Under the pieces are notes generated by a model, which did not search any database, was not told the origin of the DNA, and worked only from the letters and a program-made list of their open reading frames with translations. The translations under genes were made by a program, and so were the position numbers. A stretch of 64,000 nucleotides of DNA from Bulinus truncatus (Eukaryota). The stretch spans positions 5,516,061 to 5,580,060 of the forward strand of contig JAGDYQ010000001.1 of assembly GCA_021962125.1 (NCBI GenBank), written 5' to 3'. The number at the start of each line of letters is the position of its first letter. The first letter of the stretch is position 1. Positions 1 through 11,841 of the stretch are shown piece after piece.

Positions 1-1400
1 ACACCCCTACACTATAATACAAAGGCTGCCCACACTTATATTACTTTTACTTACACCCATAGCCTACACTATAATACAATGGCTGCCCTCACTTATATTA
101 CTTTTACTTACACCCCTACACTATAATACAATGGCTGCCCTCACTTATATTACTTTTACTTACACCCATAGCCTACACTATAATACAATGGCTGCCCTCA
201 CTTATATTACTTTTACTTACACCCATAGCCTACGCTATAATACAATGGCTGCCCTCACTTATATTACTTTTACTTACACCCATAGCCTACACTATTATAC
301 AATGGCTGCCCTCCACTTATATTACTTTTACTTACACCCATAGCCTACACTATTATACAATGGCTGCCCACACTTAAATTACTTTTACTTACACCCATAG
401 CCTACACTATTATACAATGGCTGCCCACACTTATATTACTTTTACTTACACCCCTACACTATGATACAATGGCTGCCCTCACTTATATTACTTTTACTTA
501 CACCCATAGCATACACTATAATACAATGGCTGCCCACACTTATGTTATCTTTACTTACACCCCTACACTATAATACAATGGCTGCCCACACTTGTATTAC
601 TTTTACTTACACCCCTACACTATAATACAAAGGCTGCCCACACTTATATTACTTTTACTTACACCCATAGCCTACACTATAATACAATGGCTGCCCTCAC
701 TTATATTACTTTTACTTACACCCCTACACTATAATACAATGGCTGCCCTCACTTATATTACTTTTACTTACACCCCTACACTATAATACAATGGCTGCCC
801 TCACTTATATTATTTTTACTTACACCCATAGCCTACACTATTATACAATGGCTGCCCACACTTAAATTACTTTTACTTACACCCATAGCCTACACTATTA
901 TACAATGGCTGCCCACACTTATATTACTTTTACTTACACCCCTACACTATGATACAATGGCTGCCCTCACTTATATTACTTTTACTTACACCCATAGCAT
1001 ACACTATAATACAATGGCTGCCCACACTTATGTTATCTTTACTTACACCCCTACACTATAATACAATGGCTGCCCACACTTGTATTACTTTTACTTACAC
1101 CCCTACACTATAATACAAAGGCTGCCCACACTTATATTACTTTTACTTACACCCATAGCCTACACTATAATACAATGGCTGCCCTCACTTATATTACTTT
1201 TACTTACACCCCTACACTATAATACAATGGCTGCCCTCACTTATATTACTTTTACTTACACCCCTACACTATAATACAATGGCTGCCCTCACTTATATTA
1301 CTTTTACTTACACCCATAGCCTACACTATAATACAATGGCTGCCCAAACTTGTATTACTTTTACTTACACCCATACACTATAATACAATGGCTGCCCAAT
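1..1400. repeat. Satellite of about 61-bp monomer (CTACACTATAATACAATGGCTGCCCTCACTTATATTACTTTTACTTACACCCATAGC-like) in a 488-bp higher-order repeat. The array runs off the 5' edge of the window.
   Basis: Tandem repetition is visible directly. Identical ORF translations at 592-786 and 1080-1274 (offset 488 bp, 8 x 61) show the higher-order period. Monomer variants alternate cccctacac with cccatagcctacac. Confidence 0.9.
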
Positions 1401-2299
1401 ACAGTTTTTAGAGCCATGTGTGGCTCTCTCTTAAGTTTTGTGCAGCCTCTAATGAGCCAGTTTTTTTTCTATAATCGTTTCATTTCTTTAATTCACTCAT
1501 CTTACTGGTGCTGCTTTTTTTTAGTATTTTTGTTAAACAAAAAATTGGAATGAGTCTATCATTGACATTATGCAAGGGTACACCTGTTATAGCTTATAAT
1601 TTAATACTAAAGAATGAAATCATCCTCTGTTAGGAAAGGGCTTTCAGTCAAAATTTAATTTATCCCTCTCCTGTTTAGATCCACAGAAGGTGGGAGAGGT
1701 ATCATACCCCTACCTCCATCCCAGGTTGACCTTAGAAAAATCTGGTCACAGTTAAACATTGTAAAAAGTTTTTGTTGAAGTACACCAGCTGATGAATCAT
1801 TTACTATTTAAATCAAAAATTATTCTAGTCTTATTTCTTTTTTTTTGTCATGTTTAGTTCAGTAAACAAAATAAACAAAAGAACACTGAATATACAAATG
1901 TTTTGAATATTCCTAGCCTAGTTTTCTAGATTGATCATTTTCAGATTGATCATTGAATATTCCTAGTCTAGTATTTTAAAGGACATAATAATCTTTGAGC
2001 TTCAGAAGTTTAAACAAGAAAATAAACTAATTCAAAAGAAATTAAAAAAAAAATGAATCCAGCCACAGGTAAATATGTATTTAAGAAAAGTTGACTGTAA
2101 AATGTAAAGTTGGCAGCCTCTTAAATTGCCTCATTCTATAGACTGTAAAATGTAAAGTTGGCGGCCTCTTAAATTGCATCATTCTATAGACTGTTACTGA
2201 CCTGCTTAAAAAAACATGTACATAATGTACTTGCTTGAATACTTTCTATCTTTTTTTTTTAACCATACAGTCTTTATTTGAAATTTTCTGCTTATTTAG

Positions 2300-2399
2300 G
2301 ATGGCAGCTGGGAATTCGGAAAAGATCTTGATGAACTGATTGGGATAAACAGTGAAAAGTGTCTGAACATTCTTGAAAATAGTGGACTTAAGTCACTTG
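2300..2399 (+). CDS. Internal coding exon of 100 nt (phase 0 start, one extra base at the end) of an unidentified spliced gene. It encodes DGSWEFGKDLDELIGINSEKCLNILENSGLKSL(G).
   Basis: A polypyrimidine tract plus AG acceptor (ttctgcttatttag|GAT) and a strong donor (CTTG|gtaagg). The open frame joins in phase to the downstream exon at 3417. No in-frame Met, so the upstream exons lie before or within the satellite. Confidence 0.4.
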
Positions 2400-3416
2400 G
2401 TAAGGATTTTTAAATATACAAATACATGTTTCTTTTACACAATGTTTGCACAATCCCTTTAAATGCAGTGTCTACGGAAAAGGATGAAGTCTACTCCACC
2501 AACCCGCAATGACCCTCATGTTCCTTAGGGAGTCTGTTTGCACAGACATATTCAGTAATAAATCCCAACTCATATTTAGTCCCTTCCCTGGACACTGTTT
2601 GGAATTAAAATCATTAGAATTTCCTCTTCATGGGGCCTATTTGCTTATTTTGTAAGGCTTTTTAGTATGATTATGACCTCCCCCCCAGTATAATCATTAC
2701 CTGGCAGACTTCTGCAAACACTCCCTGTTCACAAAGGTGCTATGTACATGTTGCCCATGAATCCATTAATGTTTGCCTGCTGCTACTTGATGATAAAATT
2801 AAAGACATACCTTTAGTCAGAGGTTAAAGCTCACAAAGACTTTGACTTTGATAATTTTAATAATTTAACAAAAAGATAATGTTATAAAGTTGAAATTGCT
2901 AATAAACCTTATTTCAATTAATATATTATGTGAATTAAATTTTTTTATTATATAACAAAAAAAGATGGGTTACCCTGCCCCACAATTGTTTCAAAACACA
3001 CTATAGGGATCATAAGCTCTTTATGTATTTTATCACAATATAATCACAATATATATACTAAACCATAATTAGGGGAATGATAATTTGTCTTCCTTTTTAA
3101 TCCAATAGTTTATGCCCAACATTTTCTTAAACTTCCTTTCAATATTAAATCCACGTGGTGCTCTGTCTAAGTGGAATTCCCTGTGACATATTAAATAATT
3201 AAGAAAACTTTATTTGATCTTATACAAAATTAAGTAATTATTATAAAGATTAATTCTGCAAAGTTGGCCTTGTTTCTACAGTTATCTGAATCTGTGTATT
3301 TTAGTTTTATTTTAAAATAACAGAAATAGTAGTATTTTATTACTGAAGGAAAAAAAAAGTTTTATTAGGGTGCCGCTTAAAATTCAACTTTTTTTGTTAT
3401 CCGATTCTTTCAACAG

Positions 3417-3715
3417 GGCAAACAACTGAAAATACCATTAAAAGTTATCTGGCCACTCTGCTTGTGGTGTTTTCAATTTTTGAGTTGGTCTGGGAAGAAG
3501 TAGATTTCCAGTTTCCTTTATCAGTGAGCTCCCAGAAATTTGAAAATACTCTGCAGGGCTTGAGAAATCTTGGTCTGAATGAAGACGAGTTGGCAAGGAC
3601 GATCAGCGCATTGAGCTTGGCTTTGAACAAATGCCAGACTGTAGATAAAATGTATCCTGTGACTTGTAGCACTCTGGAGCTAGGGACCAGCTGGAATCAT
3701 GTTGTGATCTCCTGA
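3417..3715 (+). CDS. Terminal coding exon. After splicing (g + GG = Gly) it continues QTTENTIKSYLATLLVVFSIFELVWEEVDFQFPLSVSSQKFENTLQGLRNLGLNEDELARTISALSLALNKCQTVDKMYPVTCSTLELGTSWNHVVIS and ends at a stop codon. Product unknown.
   Basis: Acceptor tttcaacag|GG. The frame is continuous with exon 2300-2399 and with the listed ORF 3464-3715. The stop is followed by AT-rich sequence and a minisatellite, which is typical of a 3' UTR. I recognise no homology. Confidence 0.4.
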
Positions 3716-3726
3716 TGAGTTTTTTA

Positions 3727-4095
3727 GAATTTATTAGGATATTGCTCTCTTAGATGAGTCAATTGAATTAGTCATGTATTGCTCTCTTAGATGAGTCGAT
3801 TGAATTATCGATAAAATGCTCTCTTAGATGAGTTGATTGAATTAGTCATGTATTGCTTCTTTTTAATGAGTTGATTGAATTAGTCAGTGTATTGCTCTCT
3901 TAGATGAGTCGATTGAATTAGTCATGTATTGCTCTCTTAGACGAGTCGATTGAATTAGTCATGTATTGGGTTCTCTTAGATGAATTGATTAAATTAGTCA
4001 TGTATTGCTTCCTTAAATGAGTTGATTGAATTAGTCATGTACTGCTCTCTTTGATGAGTTGATTAAATTAGTCATGTATTGTTTTCTTAAAGTTG
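3727..4095. repeat. Minisatellite with a unit of about 40 bp (GCTCTCTTAGATGAGTCGATTGAATTAGTCATGTATT), about 9 copies, immediately 3' of the putative stop codon.
   Basis: Direct tandem copies with point variants, seen in the sequence. Confidence 0.85.
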
Positions 4096-4282
4096 GTCAA
4101 ATTTGTCATGTCTATTATGTCACAACAAAATTAGTTGAATGCTTATAACATAAAGCAGATATTCAATATGTTCCATTTATTTTTTTATAATGGTTATCCC
4201 TTTTCTCTGTTATATTTTTTCATTCATTTCCTTTTTTAAAATTTATATTTTGATTTTATTTTTTAGTAACATTTCTTCATAA

Positions 4283-4365
4283 ATTGGTATGATATTGTGT
4301 TGATTGTGAGTATGATATTGTGTTGATTGTGAGTATGATATTGTGTTGATTGTGAATTCACAAAA
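4283..4365. repeat. Short tandem repeat, 23-bp unit (TATGATATTGTGTTGATTGTGAG), 3 copies.
   Basis: Seen directly. Confidence 0.7.
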
Positions 4366-6116
4366 AATTATTTGAGAAACACTGTACATGTAATTATTTC
4401 ATAATTTTAAGTGTATGTTATCTTTATTTTTTTTGTTTCTGAAATATCATTGAAATAAATACAAAAAAAAAAAAATCCTCACTTGTCATCATTATTAAAT
4501 CTGTTATAAAGTTTTACAACTGTTATTGTACTAGTTATTACTTTAGAGTGCATTTTGATTTTGCTATGAATCTTATGGATTGAAAAATGACATTTGTTAC
4601 TTTAGAACTCATTTCGTTATGTAGAAGCTTTAAACTTATTATGCATTTAATGTCGTCTATTGTGTTGAAGCTTTTTAGACTGAAACTACGCAACTGAATT
4701 CATCAAAAAGATAATAATCCCCCTGAAACAGTTGACCTTATTAATCAATCAGTACATTTGGCAGTTGTGTCTAATGATTAGTGTTATTGGTTACGACAAG
4801 TGACGTTGTATTTTAAGAAAATATCCCTTGTAATGATAACATATTTTTGATGATTCACCAGTCAATGACTGAGGAGGACATTTTAAAAAAGATGTAACTT
4901 TATGACAAATGGTGTCATTTGTTAAGCTGACAAATTTTAATGTCAGATGACAACACAGAGTAAACTAAATTGTAATGTCAGATGACAACACAGAGTAAAC
5001 TAATGTAAACCGGGGGAAAAAATATTTTTTTTTGCCTTTTTAAACAAATTTTGTCAATCCATAATAAAATCATGTTCTCCTTATGGTAGTCTTTATTGCT
5101 GCCTCTTTTTTTGTATGTGATTACATTTACTGGTGTATAATTTTATCTTGTGTTTTAAATATATCATTATACAAATATATATATATATATTGGCCATACA
5201 TTTATTTTTGCATCATATTTCTTCTAATAAAGGTATCTGCAATAGGGTTATAACTGGTCATATTTTCTCTAAAAACGTGTCAGTGATATGATTATCTAAA
5301 ATTGGGCCAGTTCAATTAAAAATGTATTTTTAATTATACATTTTGCTGCAAATAAGAAGCCCTTTTTTTTAATAAAACCTTTTCGCTAAAATGGTAATAT
5401 ATGTATATGGAAAGAACATATAAATGTATTGATAAAGTGAGTTAATTATATTATTCTTTCATCATCTCAATTTTTATAGCCTGACCTACAGGAGTTAAAT
5501 GATTTATCCCTAGAGGACTAAGTTTGTGTGCCAGTAGTGTACAGCAAATATAGTCTAATTACTTCCGTCATCCATGTTTGAGCAATGAGTGGTTGTAAAA
5601 GAAGCAATGCAACATAAAAACATCAGTCAGTTTGGTTAATGTTTTTTTTTTCCCCCAAGGTTTAAAGGTGGTGACATCGAGTAAATATTGTTTTAATTAT
5701 AAATTATTGTCTAACTTCACCATTCCTATGCTAATAACCTGTCTGTAATAGATAAACTCAGCTATTTAATGAAAGAGGGTGAAATTTTAATGAGATATTT
5801 GACACAGGTTTTGTTCAATGCATTGGATAGTTAACTCTCAGTAATTTATGTTTGGGGAGGGGAATAATTATTTAATTAACAACTGTTTCAAGGATATGGT
5901 TTTTAAAAAATTATGACTCCTTATAACCTTATCGCTGATACAGCTTTTATTAATATTTGTTGTGATAATTGTTTTACAAGGATCGAGTTAATTAGATGAT
6001 ATATGTATAAAGGAAAATGTAGAAAGTGTTTTCAAAACTATTTAAGTAACAACTATTTAATTTTTGTTTTTGTATTTATACTCTTCATAGTAAATAAACA
6101 AAAATATTTATACAGT

Positions 6117-6760
6117 TGTCTACTGTTGTGTTATGAATGTTGAAAATATTTTTTCAGCTGTCTACTGTTGTGTTATGAATGTTGAAACATTTATTCAGCT
6201 GTCTGCTGTTGTGTTGTGAATGTTGAAAACATTTTTTCCCCAGTTCAAGAACATTTTATCAGTACTAGAACTTCTTAGTACTGGAAGAACATTTCCCCGC
6301 ATATAAAAAAATATCCTCAGTGCAGTAACATTTCCTCAGTACCACACTACAGCATTTATTCAGTAAGCTACTAGAACATTTTCTGATTACTAGAACATTT
6401 CCTAAGTACTGGAGCACTAGTTTTTATAAAATATTCTGATAATGTATAGTTCCAGTATCATAATATTTTTTCCCATAAATGCAACATTTCAACAGTATTA
6501 GAATATTTACTCAGTTCTGGGACATTTCTCATTACTGAAACAACATAACATCAGTACGGTGACAACATTCTCTATATACTGTAACATTAATATTTTTCTC
6601 AGTACGGTGACAACATTCTCTATATACGTAAACATTTTCTCAGTAGGATGACAACATTTATTTAGTACTAGAACATTAACTCGGTACCATAATATAACCA
6701 TAACATTTCCGCAGTACTATAACATTTCTTCAGTACCAGAACACTTCCATAACTGAATAA
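6117..6760. repeat. A 60-bp tandem repeat (TGTCTACTGTTGTGTTATGAATGTTGAAAACATTTTTTCAGC, about 2.5 copies), followed by a degenerate 15-20-bp repeat family of the form (AACATTTCCTCAGTACTAG)n.
   Basis: Seen directly. The ORF 6507-6701 falls inside it and is spurious. Confidence 0.7.
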
Positions 6761-7021
6761 AATGCTGAGCGATTAGGTGGAGTTCATAATTTGATGACTC
6801 AATTTTTCATCAGCAATGCCTCGACCACCATAAGTAAAATGGACTGCTTAAATCAGTCATGGCGAGGGGTAACTCAAGTGTTCTATCCATAGCCTTAGCT
6901 AGCTTTTGTTGCGCGCTGTACGTGTTACCTTTTTTTTTAAATCCTCCTGCCCAGTTTGAAAATTACAAATACATTTAACGGCGGTCTTTCGGTGTCTCTT
7001 CCTAGCTCGGCGCCCTGTGAC

Positions 7022-7592
7022 GCCGTTCAACCTGTTGTTCCCCTTCCTACGCCACTAGTTCTAACCGTCAAATGGCACTCAGCGACCTGTTGTTCCCTTC
7101 CTACGCCACTAGTTCTAACCGTCAAATGGCACTCAGCGACCTGTTGTTCCCTTCCTACGCCACTGGTTCTAACCGTCAAATGGCACTCAGCGACCTGTTG
7201 TTCCCCTTCCTACGCCACTAGTTCTAACCGTCAAATGGCACTCAGCGACCTGTTGTTTCCCTTCCTACGCCACTAGTTCTAACCGTCAAATGGCACTCAT
7301 AACCTGTTGTTCCCCTTCCTACGCCACAGGTTCTAACCGTCAAATGGCACTCAGCGACCTGTTGTTCCCCTTCCTACGCCACTGGTTCTAACCGTCAAAT
7401 GGCACTCAGCGACCTGTTGTTCCCCTTCCTACGCCACAGGTTCTAACCGTCAAATGGCACTCAGCGACCTGTTGTTCCCCTTCCTACGCCACTAGTTCTA
7501 ACCGTCAAATGGCACTCAGCGACCTGTTGTTCCCTTCCTACGCCACTGGTTCTAACCGTCAAATGGCACTCAGCGACCTGTTCTCCCCAGTG
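7022..7592. repeat. Tandem repeat, 58-bp unit (CCTGTTGTTCCCCTTCCTACGCCACTAGTTCTAACCGTCAAATGGCACTCAGCGA), about 10 copies.
   Basis: Seen directly. ORF 6956-7276 is its translation and is spurious. Confidence 0.9.
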
Positions 7593-7984
7593 TCCCGTAG
7601 CACCTCTACCGGTGTGTCACTCACAAACCCAGGGTAAAAAGACAACTGATGGCCCGTTCCAAGTACAGACATCATATGATTGGGCCCTTTTTGTGTGTTA
7701 TCGCTCATGTTTCTTGTCTGATGTACACATTTACTGGGACTATTTCATCTCGACTTGTGGACAATTGTTAGAGAAATGCTTCCAACCGTTGCTCGAAAAA
7801 CATGTACTACTGCTGTTCGCACCCTTTTTTTTTTTTAGTTCTGAGCGAAATGTCTGTTCTTTCCAAATACATGGCAGGGATTTGTCATGGTGATCCTTAT
7901 ACACATTCCTATGATTCTTAGATGTATTCATTTGATTCTTGGAATTTATCAACGACTCTGATCAAGACGAGGCAAAACAAAACA

Positions 7985-8292
7985 TGCCCTGTGGTTGGTC
8001 TGTGTCGGACATTGGCTCTCTAGTAGTATAGGCCCGTCTGTGGTTGGTCTGTGTCGGACATTGGCTGTCTAGTAGTATAGGCTCGTCAGTGGTTGGTCTG
8101 TGTCGGACATTGGCTTTCTAGTAGTATAGGCTCGTCTGTGGTTGGTCTGTGTCGGACATTGGCTCTCTAGTAGTATAGGCTCGTCTGTGTTTGGTCTGTG
8201 TCGGACATTGTCTCTCTAGTAGTATAGGCTCGTCTGTGTTTGGTCTGTGTCGGACATTGTCTTTCTAGAAGTATAGGCTCGTCTGTGTTTGG
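7985..8292. repeat. Tandem repeat 'A', unit of about 60 bp (TGGTTGGTCTGTGTCGGACATTGGCTCTCTAGTAGTATAGGCTCGTCTG), 5 copies. It is interrupted by an element and resumes at 9065-9140.
   Basis: Seen directly. The array resumes in register after the 772-bp insertion. Confidence 0.85.
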
Positions 8293-9064
8293 GTATCCGG
8301 ACAAAACCCCCAGCGGACAAAACCCCCACGGACACAACCCCCAGCGGACAAACCCCCCAGCGGACATAACCCCCAGCGGACATAACCCCCAGCGGACATA
8401 ACGCCCAGCGGACAAAACCCCCAGCGGACAAAACCCCCACTGGACCTCTCCCCTTTTTTTGTTATAAAATCTATTTTTTGGCCATCGTTTTTATTAAAAA
8501 ATGTAATATATAATACCTGGATGAAAATATATATATAAATATATATAAATACGTATTTTTAAGGGAATTTGTTAGCCCGTCGAGCCACAGTGATAAAAGG
8601 CAATCTCTTGTTAACTTTACATCAACAGGAATCTTATCTTACAAGGTAAAAAAACAACTAATTTAAAGGTTTTAGCCCAAGGTCAATACTGGCCGTATCT
8701 TTATTCTACCTTTTAATTCTCGCGCCAGGCACACATTATATAGCAGACGGTAAAACAAACAACGTAAGAACCACAGTGGTCGAAAGCCAATTCTTTATTA
8801 AGGTTAACAGCATAGAAACATGCCTAATGATATACTGTGTTGACAGACATGATATCTGTTATGTCGAAAAACATTTCCCTTAGTCCATGGTCAACTTCGT
8901 ATATATAGAAGTATTAATAATATCGACTTATATTCAATCTTAATATTTTGGGGGTTTTGCCCACTGGGTGTTTTGTCCGCTGGGTGTTTTGTCCGCTGGG
9001 GTTATGTCCGCTGGGGTTTTTGTCCGCTGGGGGTTTTGTCCGTGGGGGTTTTGTCCTACACTCC
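8293..9064. mobile_element. Foldback-like non-autonomous DNA element (772 bp). The terminal inverted regions are built from a 17-bp subrepeat (CCCCAGCGGACAAAAC), 8293-8450 forward and 8940-9060 reverse-complement, around a 490-bp AT-rich core. It is flanked by a 9-bp TSD TGTGTTTGG at 8284-8292 and 9065-9073.
   Basis: Inverted subrepeat blocks are seen directly. The host tandem array A is interrupted and resumes with the same 9 bp duplicated. The inner TIR core GGACAAAACCCC matches on both ends. 9-bp TSDs and TIRs built from tandem subrepeats are characteristic of Foldback and Mutator-like elements. Confidence 0.6.
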
Positions 9065-9239
9065 TGTGTTTGGTCTGTGTCGGACATTGGCTTTCTAGTA
9101 GTATATGCTTGTCTGTGGTTAGTCTGTGTTAGACATAGGCTCTCTCTCTCTTCCCCCCCCTCTCTCTCTTTCTCGTAGCATGCAGCAGGTGAGTCAGCAA
9201 TACACCACATGATCGACCCAGCGTGGGCAAGATGAACCA

Positions 9240-10262
9240 TGATACTAGGTCTAGTCTATACAACATGGAAATCTAGCCTTTACTACATGGACGTCTACGT
9301 CTAGTCGATACAACATGGACGTCTACGTCTAGTCTATAGAACAAGGACGTCTACGTCTATACAACCTGGACGTCTAGGTCTATACAACCTGGACGTCTAC
9401 GTCCATACAACCTTGACGTCTAAGTCTATACAACCTGGACGTCTAAGTCTAGTCTATACAACCTGGAAGTCTAGTCTATACAACATGGACGTCTACTTCT
9501 ATCACTACAACTTGGACGTCTACGTGTAGTCTATATAACCTGAACATGTACGTCTGGAACCTGGAAGTCTAGTCTATACAACCTGGACGTCCACGTCTAG
9601 TCTATACAACTTGGGCGTCTACGTGTAGTCTATACAACATGGACGTCTACGTCTAGTCTATACAACGTGGACGCCTACATCTAGTCATTACAATATGGAC
9701 GTCTACGTCTAGTTTATACAACATGGACGTCTACGTCTAGTTTATACAACCTGAACGTGTACGTCTAGTCTATACAACGTGGACGCCTACATCTAGTCAT
9801 TACAATATGGACGTCTACGTCTAGTTTATACAACATGGGTGTCTACGTCTAGTCTATACAACCTAGACGTCTACGTCTAGTTTATACAACATGGGTGTCT
9901 ACATCTAGTCTATACAACCTAGACGTCTACGTCTAGTATATACAACATGGACGTCTACGTCTAGTTTATACAACCTGAGCGTGTACGTCTAGTCTACACA
10001 ACCGGAACGTCTACGTCTAGTCTACACAACCTTGTCGTCTACGTCTACTCTACACAACTGAGACGTCTAGTCTAGTCTACACAACCTGGACGTCTGCGTC
10101 TAGTCTACACAACCTGGACGTCTGCGTCTAGTCTACTCAACCTGGACGTCTATGTCTAGTATATACAACCTGGACGTCTACGTCTAGTATATACAACATG
10201 GACGTCTACGTCTAATCTATAAAATCTGGTCGTCTACGTCAGCTCTGTACAATCTAAACATC
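9240..10262. repeat. Minisatellite with a unit of about 28-30 bp (CTAGTCTATACAACATGGACGTCTACGT), about 35 copies.
   Basis: Seen directly. Confidence 0.9.
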
Positions 10263-10299
10263 TTCATCAGGTTTATACAAAGTATACTTTTACTCAATG

Positions 10300-10640
10300 C
10301 CAATAATATCTAGACTTAACATTTAGCTCACTCCTAAAACAGGTATATTTAAAAGGTATACTCGACTGGTCTACCCAGCTTTTGGCCAACTCTAACACCA
10401 GGCAACTCAACATTTAGCCCACTGCTACAAGGGGTCTACTCAACAGATCAAGTCTACTCAACATTTAGCCTACTTCTAGTTTATTCAAAAGGCCTACTCA
10501 ATGTTTAACCTGCAACAGGTCTACTCACCATTAGCCCACAACAGGGCCACTAAACATTTAGTTTACTCCTGCAACAGGTCTACTCACCATTTAGCTTACT
10601 CCTACAACATGTCTACTCTAATTTATCGACTTCTAAAACC
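10300..10640. repeat. Degenerate 17-bp repeats (CTACTCAACATTTAGCC family). The segment 10395-10460 is the inverted partner of 12610-12672.
   Basis: Seen directly. The reverse complement of 10395-10460 matches 12610-12672 over about 60 bp. Confidence 0.6.
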
Positions 10641-10644
10641 AGGG

Positions 10645-10915
10645 CCGGCCTTCAAGGTTGTTAACGATACTCTAAAATTGTATCGTCAATACCGATACCA
10701 CTACTTCATAAAAATAGTATCGCCAATACCAATACAAATACTCAAGTAAAAATGTATTGCCAAAATCGACACTGATACAATACCAATACTTTTGAGAACA
10801 ACAAAATGTTTTTATTTAAAATATAATGAGTGCAAGTTTCTCAAGTTTTTAGAATACATTGTCAAAGCACAATTTTAATGCTAATCACTTCACAACTTGG
10901 CAGCACGTAAGAAGA
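10645..10915 (-). mobile_element. Dispersed repeat copy 1, the sub-terminal or 3' non-coding region of a hAT-family element. The same 270 bp recurs at 27525-27990, inside the hAT-N element.
   Basis: There is about 90% identity to 27525-27654 plus 27837-27990. It lies directly downstream, on the minus strand, of the hAT dimerisation-domain ORF. Confidence 0.6.
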
Positions 10916-11198
10916 CAATCATTTCAAAATGATCATTGCTTAGCCTAGAACGTATAGGCATAAAAACACGCCCACCCAATGAAACCAGGCGCTCAACTGC
11001 AGCACTAGCCGTAAGTCCAGTGTTAAGTTGCAGGTATAGTTTCTTAATTCTTGGGTAGACTGCTAATGACAGCATTTTTGATGAGTTATCTTCAAGATAT
11101 CTGTCTACTTCAGCAGAACTGTTACTATTAAGCAATTCGTCCTGGTTAAAGTTAGTAGCTATCTGGAACAAACAAAATCGCATCTTTGGCTGCGGCAA
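10890..11198 (-). pseudogene. C-terminal fragment of a hAT transposase (dimerisation / hATC domain): ...LSLAVYPRIKKLYLQLNTGLTASAAVERLVSLGGRVFMPIRSRLSNDHFEMIVFLRAAKL.
   Basis: It matches the hATC consensus (YP.L..LA...L.IPASSA.SERVFS.GGRI...R.RL....VE.LIFL) residue by residue. There is no upstream catalytic region in frame, so the copy is truncated. Confidence 0.65.
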
Positions 11199-11841
11199 TC
11201 AGCACGTATCTCGTTACTCCCGGTGACACTAGGTGGAATTTTACTTACGATTTTGTTGCAAAATTACATGGTTTACTATCCAATCCAGAATTAGAAGTTT
11301 AACTTGATATGGTGTTTGATAACATTGACATCAAGCGACTGAATGCGCAACAGAAAATATTCAGAGCAGAATACATTGAAGCATCTGATCCATTGTGTTG
11401 TGGACTGGGCATTAGGGAAGGAAAAAGTAATATTGGATTTAGCTATTTGCTGCCCACACTAACCATTATAAAAGGTAAATTACAGGTAATGATTTTTCGA
11501 CATAAACACCCTCTCACGGTGTGTGAACCCCTTGCCAGATCTGTTATTGATTGCATTAATGCGCGATTCGATTTTATATTTTACTGATCCAGAGGCTAAA
11601 CTGACATCAGTGGTCAATCCAAAATTTAAAACCAACTGGACAGACAACTTGGATCACAAGGCAGAAGTTGTAAAACCTTAAAGCGTGCCTGCAGTGCACT
11701 AAGTGCATTTCCCATTCATTTTACTCGGCAGTGTGGTGCAGCTTTAGTTCAGTCAACAGTACAGATATCTGAATCTACATATTGTTTTTTTGCTTGTTTT
11801 ACTGCACGGCGGCAGAACCAGGATGAATAGCTTAGTAATAA

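Noticed and set aside
7980-10262. A possible CRISPR-like array, that is, regular direct repeats.
   Set aside because: This is a eukaryotic context, the repeats are contiguous with no unique spacers, and there are no cas genes. They are ordinary mini-satellites.
11309-11587. 92-aa plus-strand ORF next to the hAT fragment.
   Set aside because: It has no recognisable motif and sits in the opposite orientation to the hATC ORF. I could not support it as part of the transposase.
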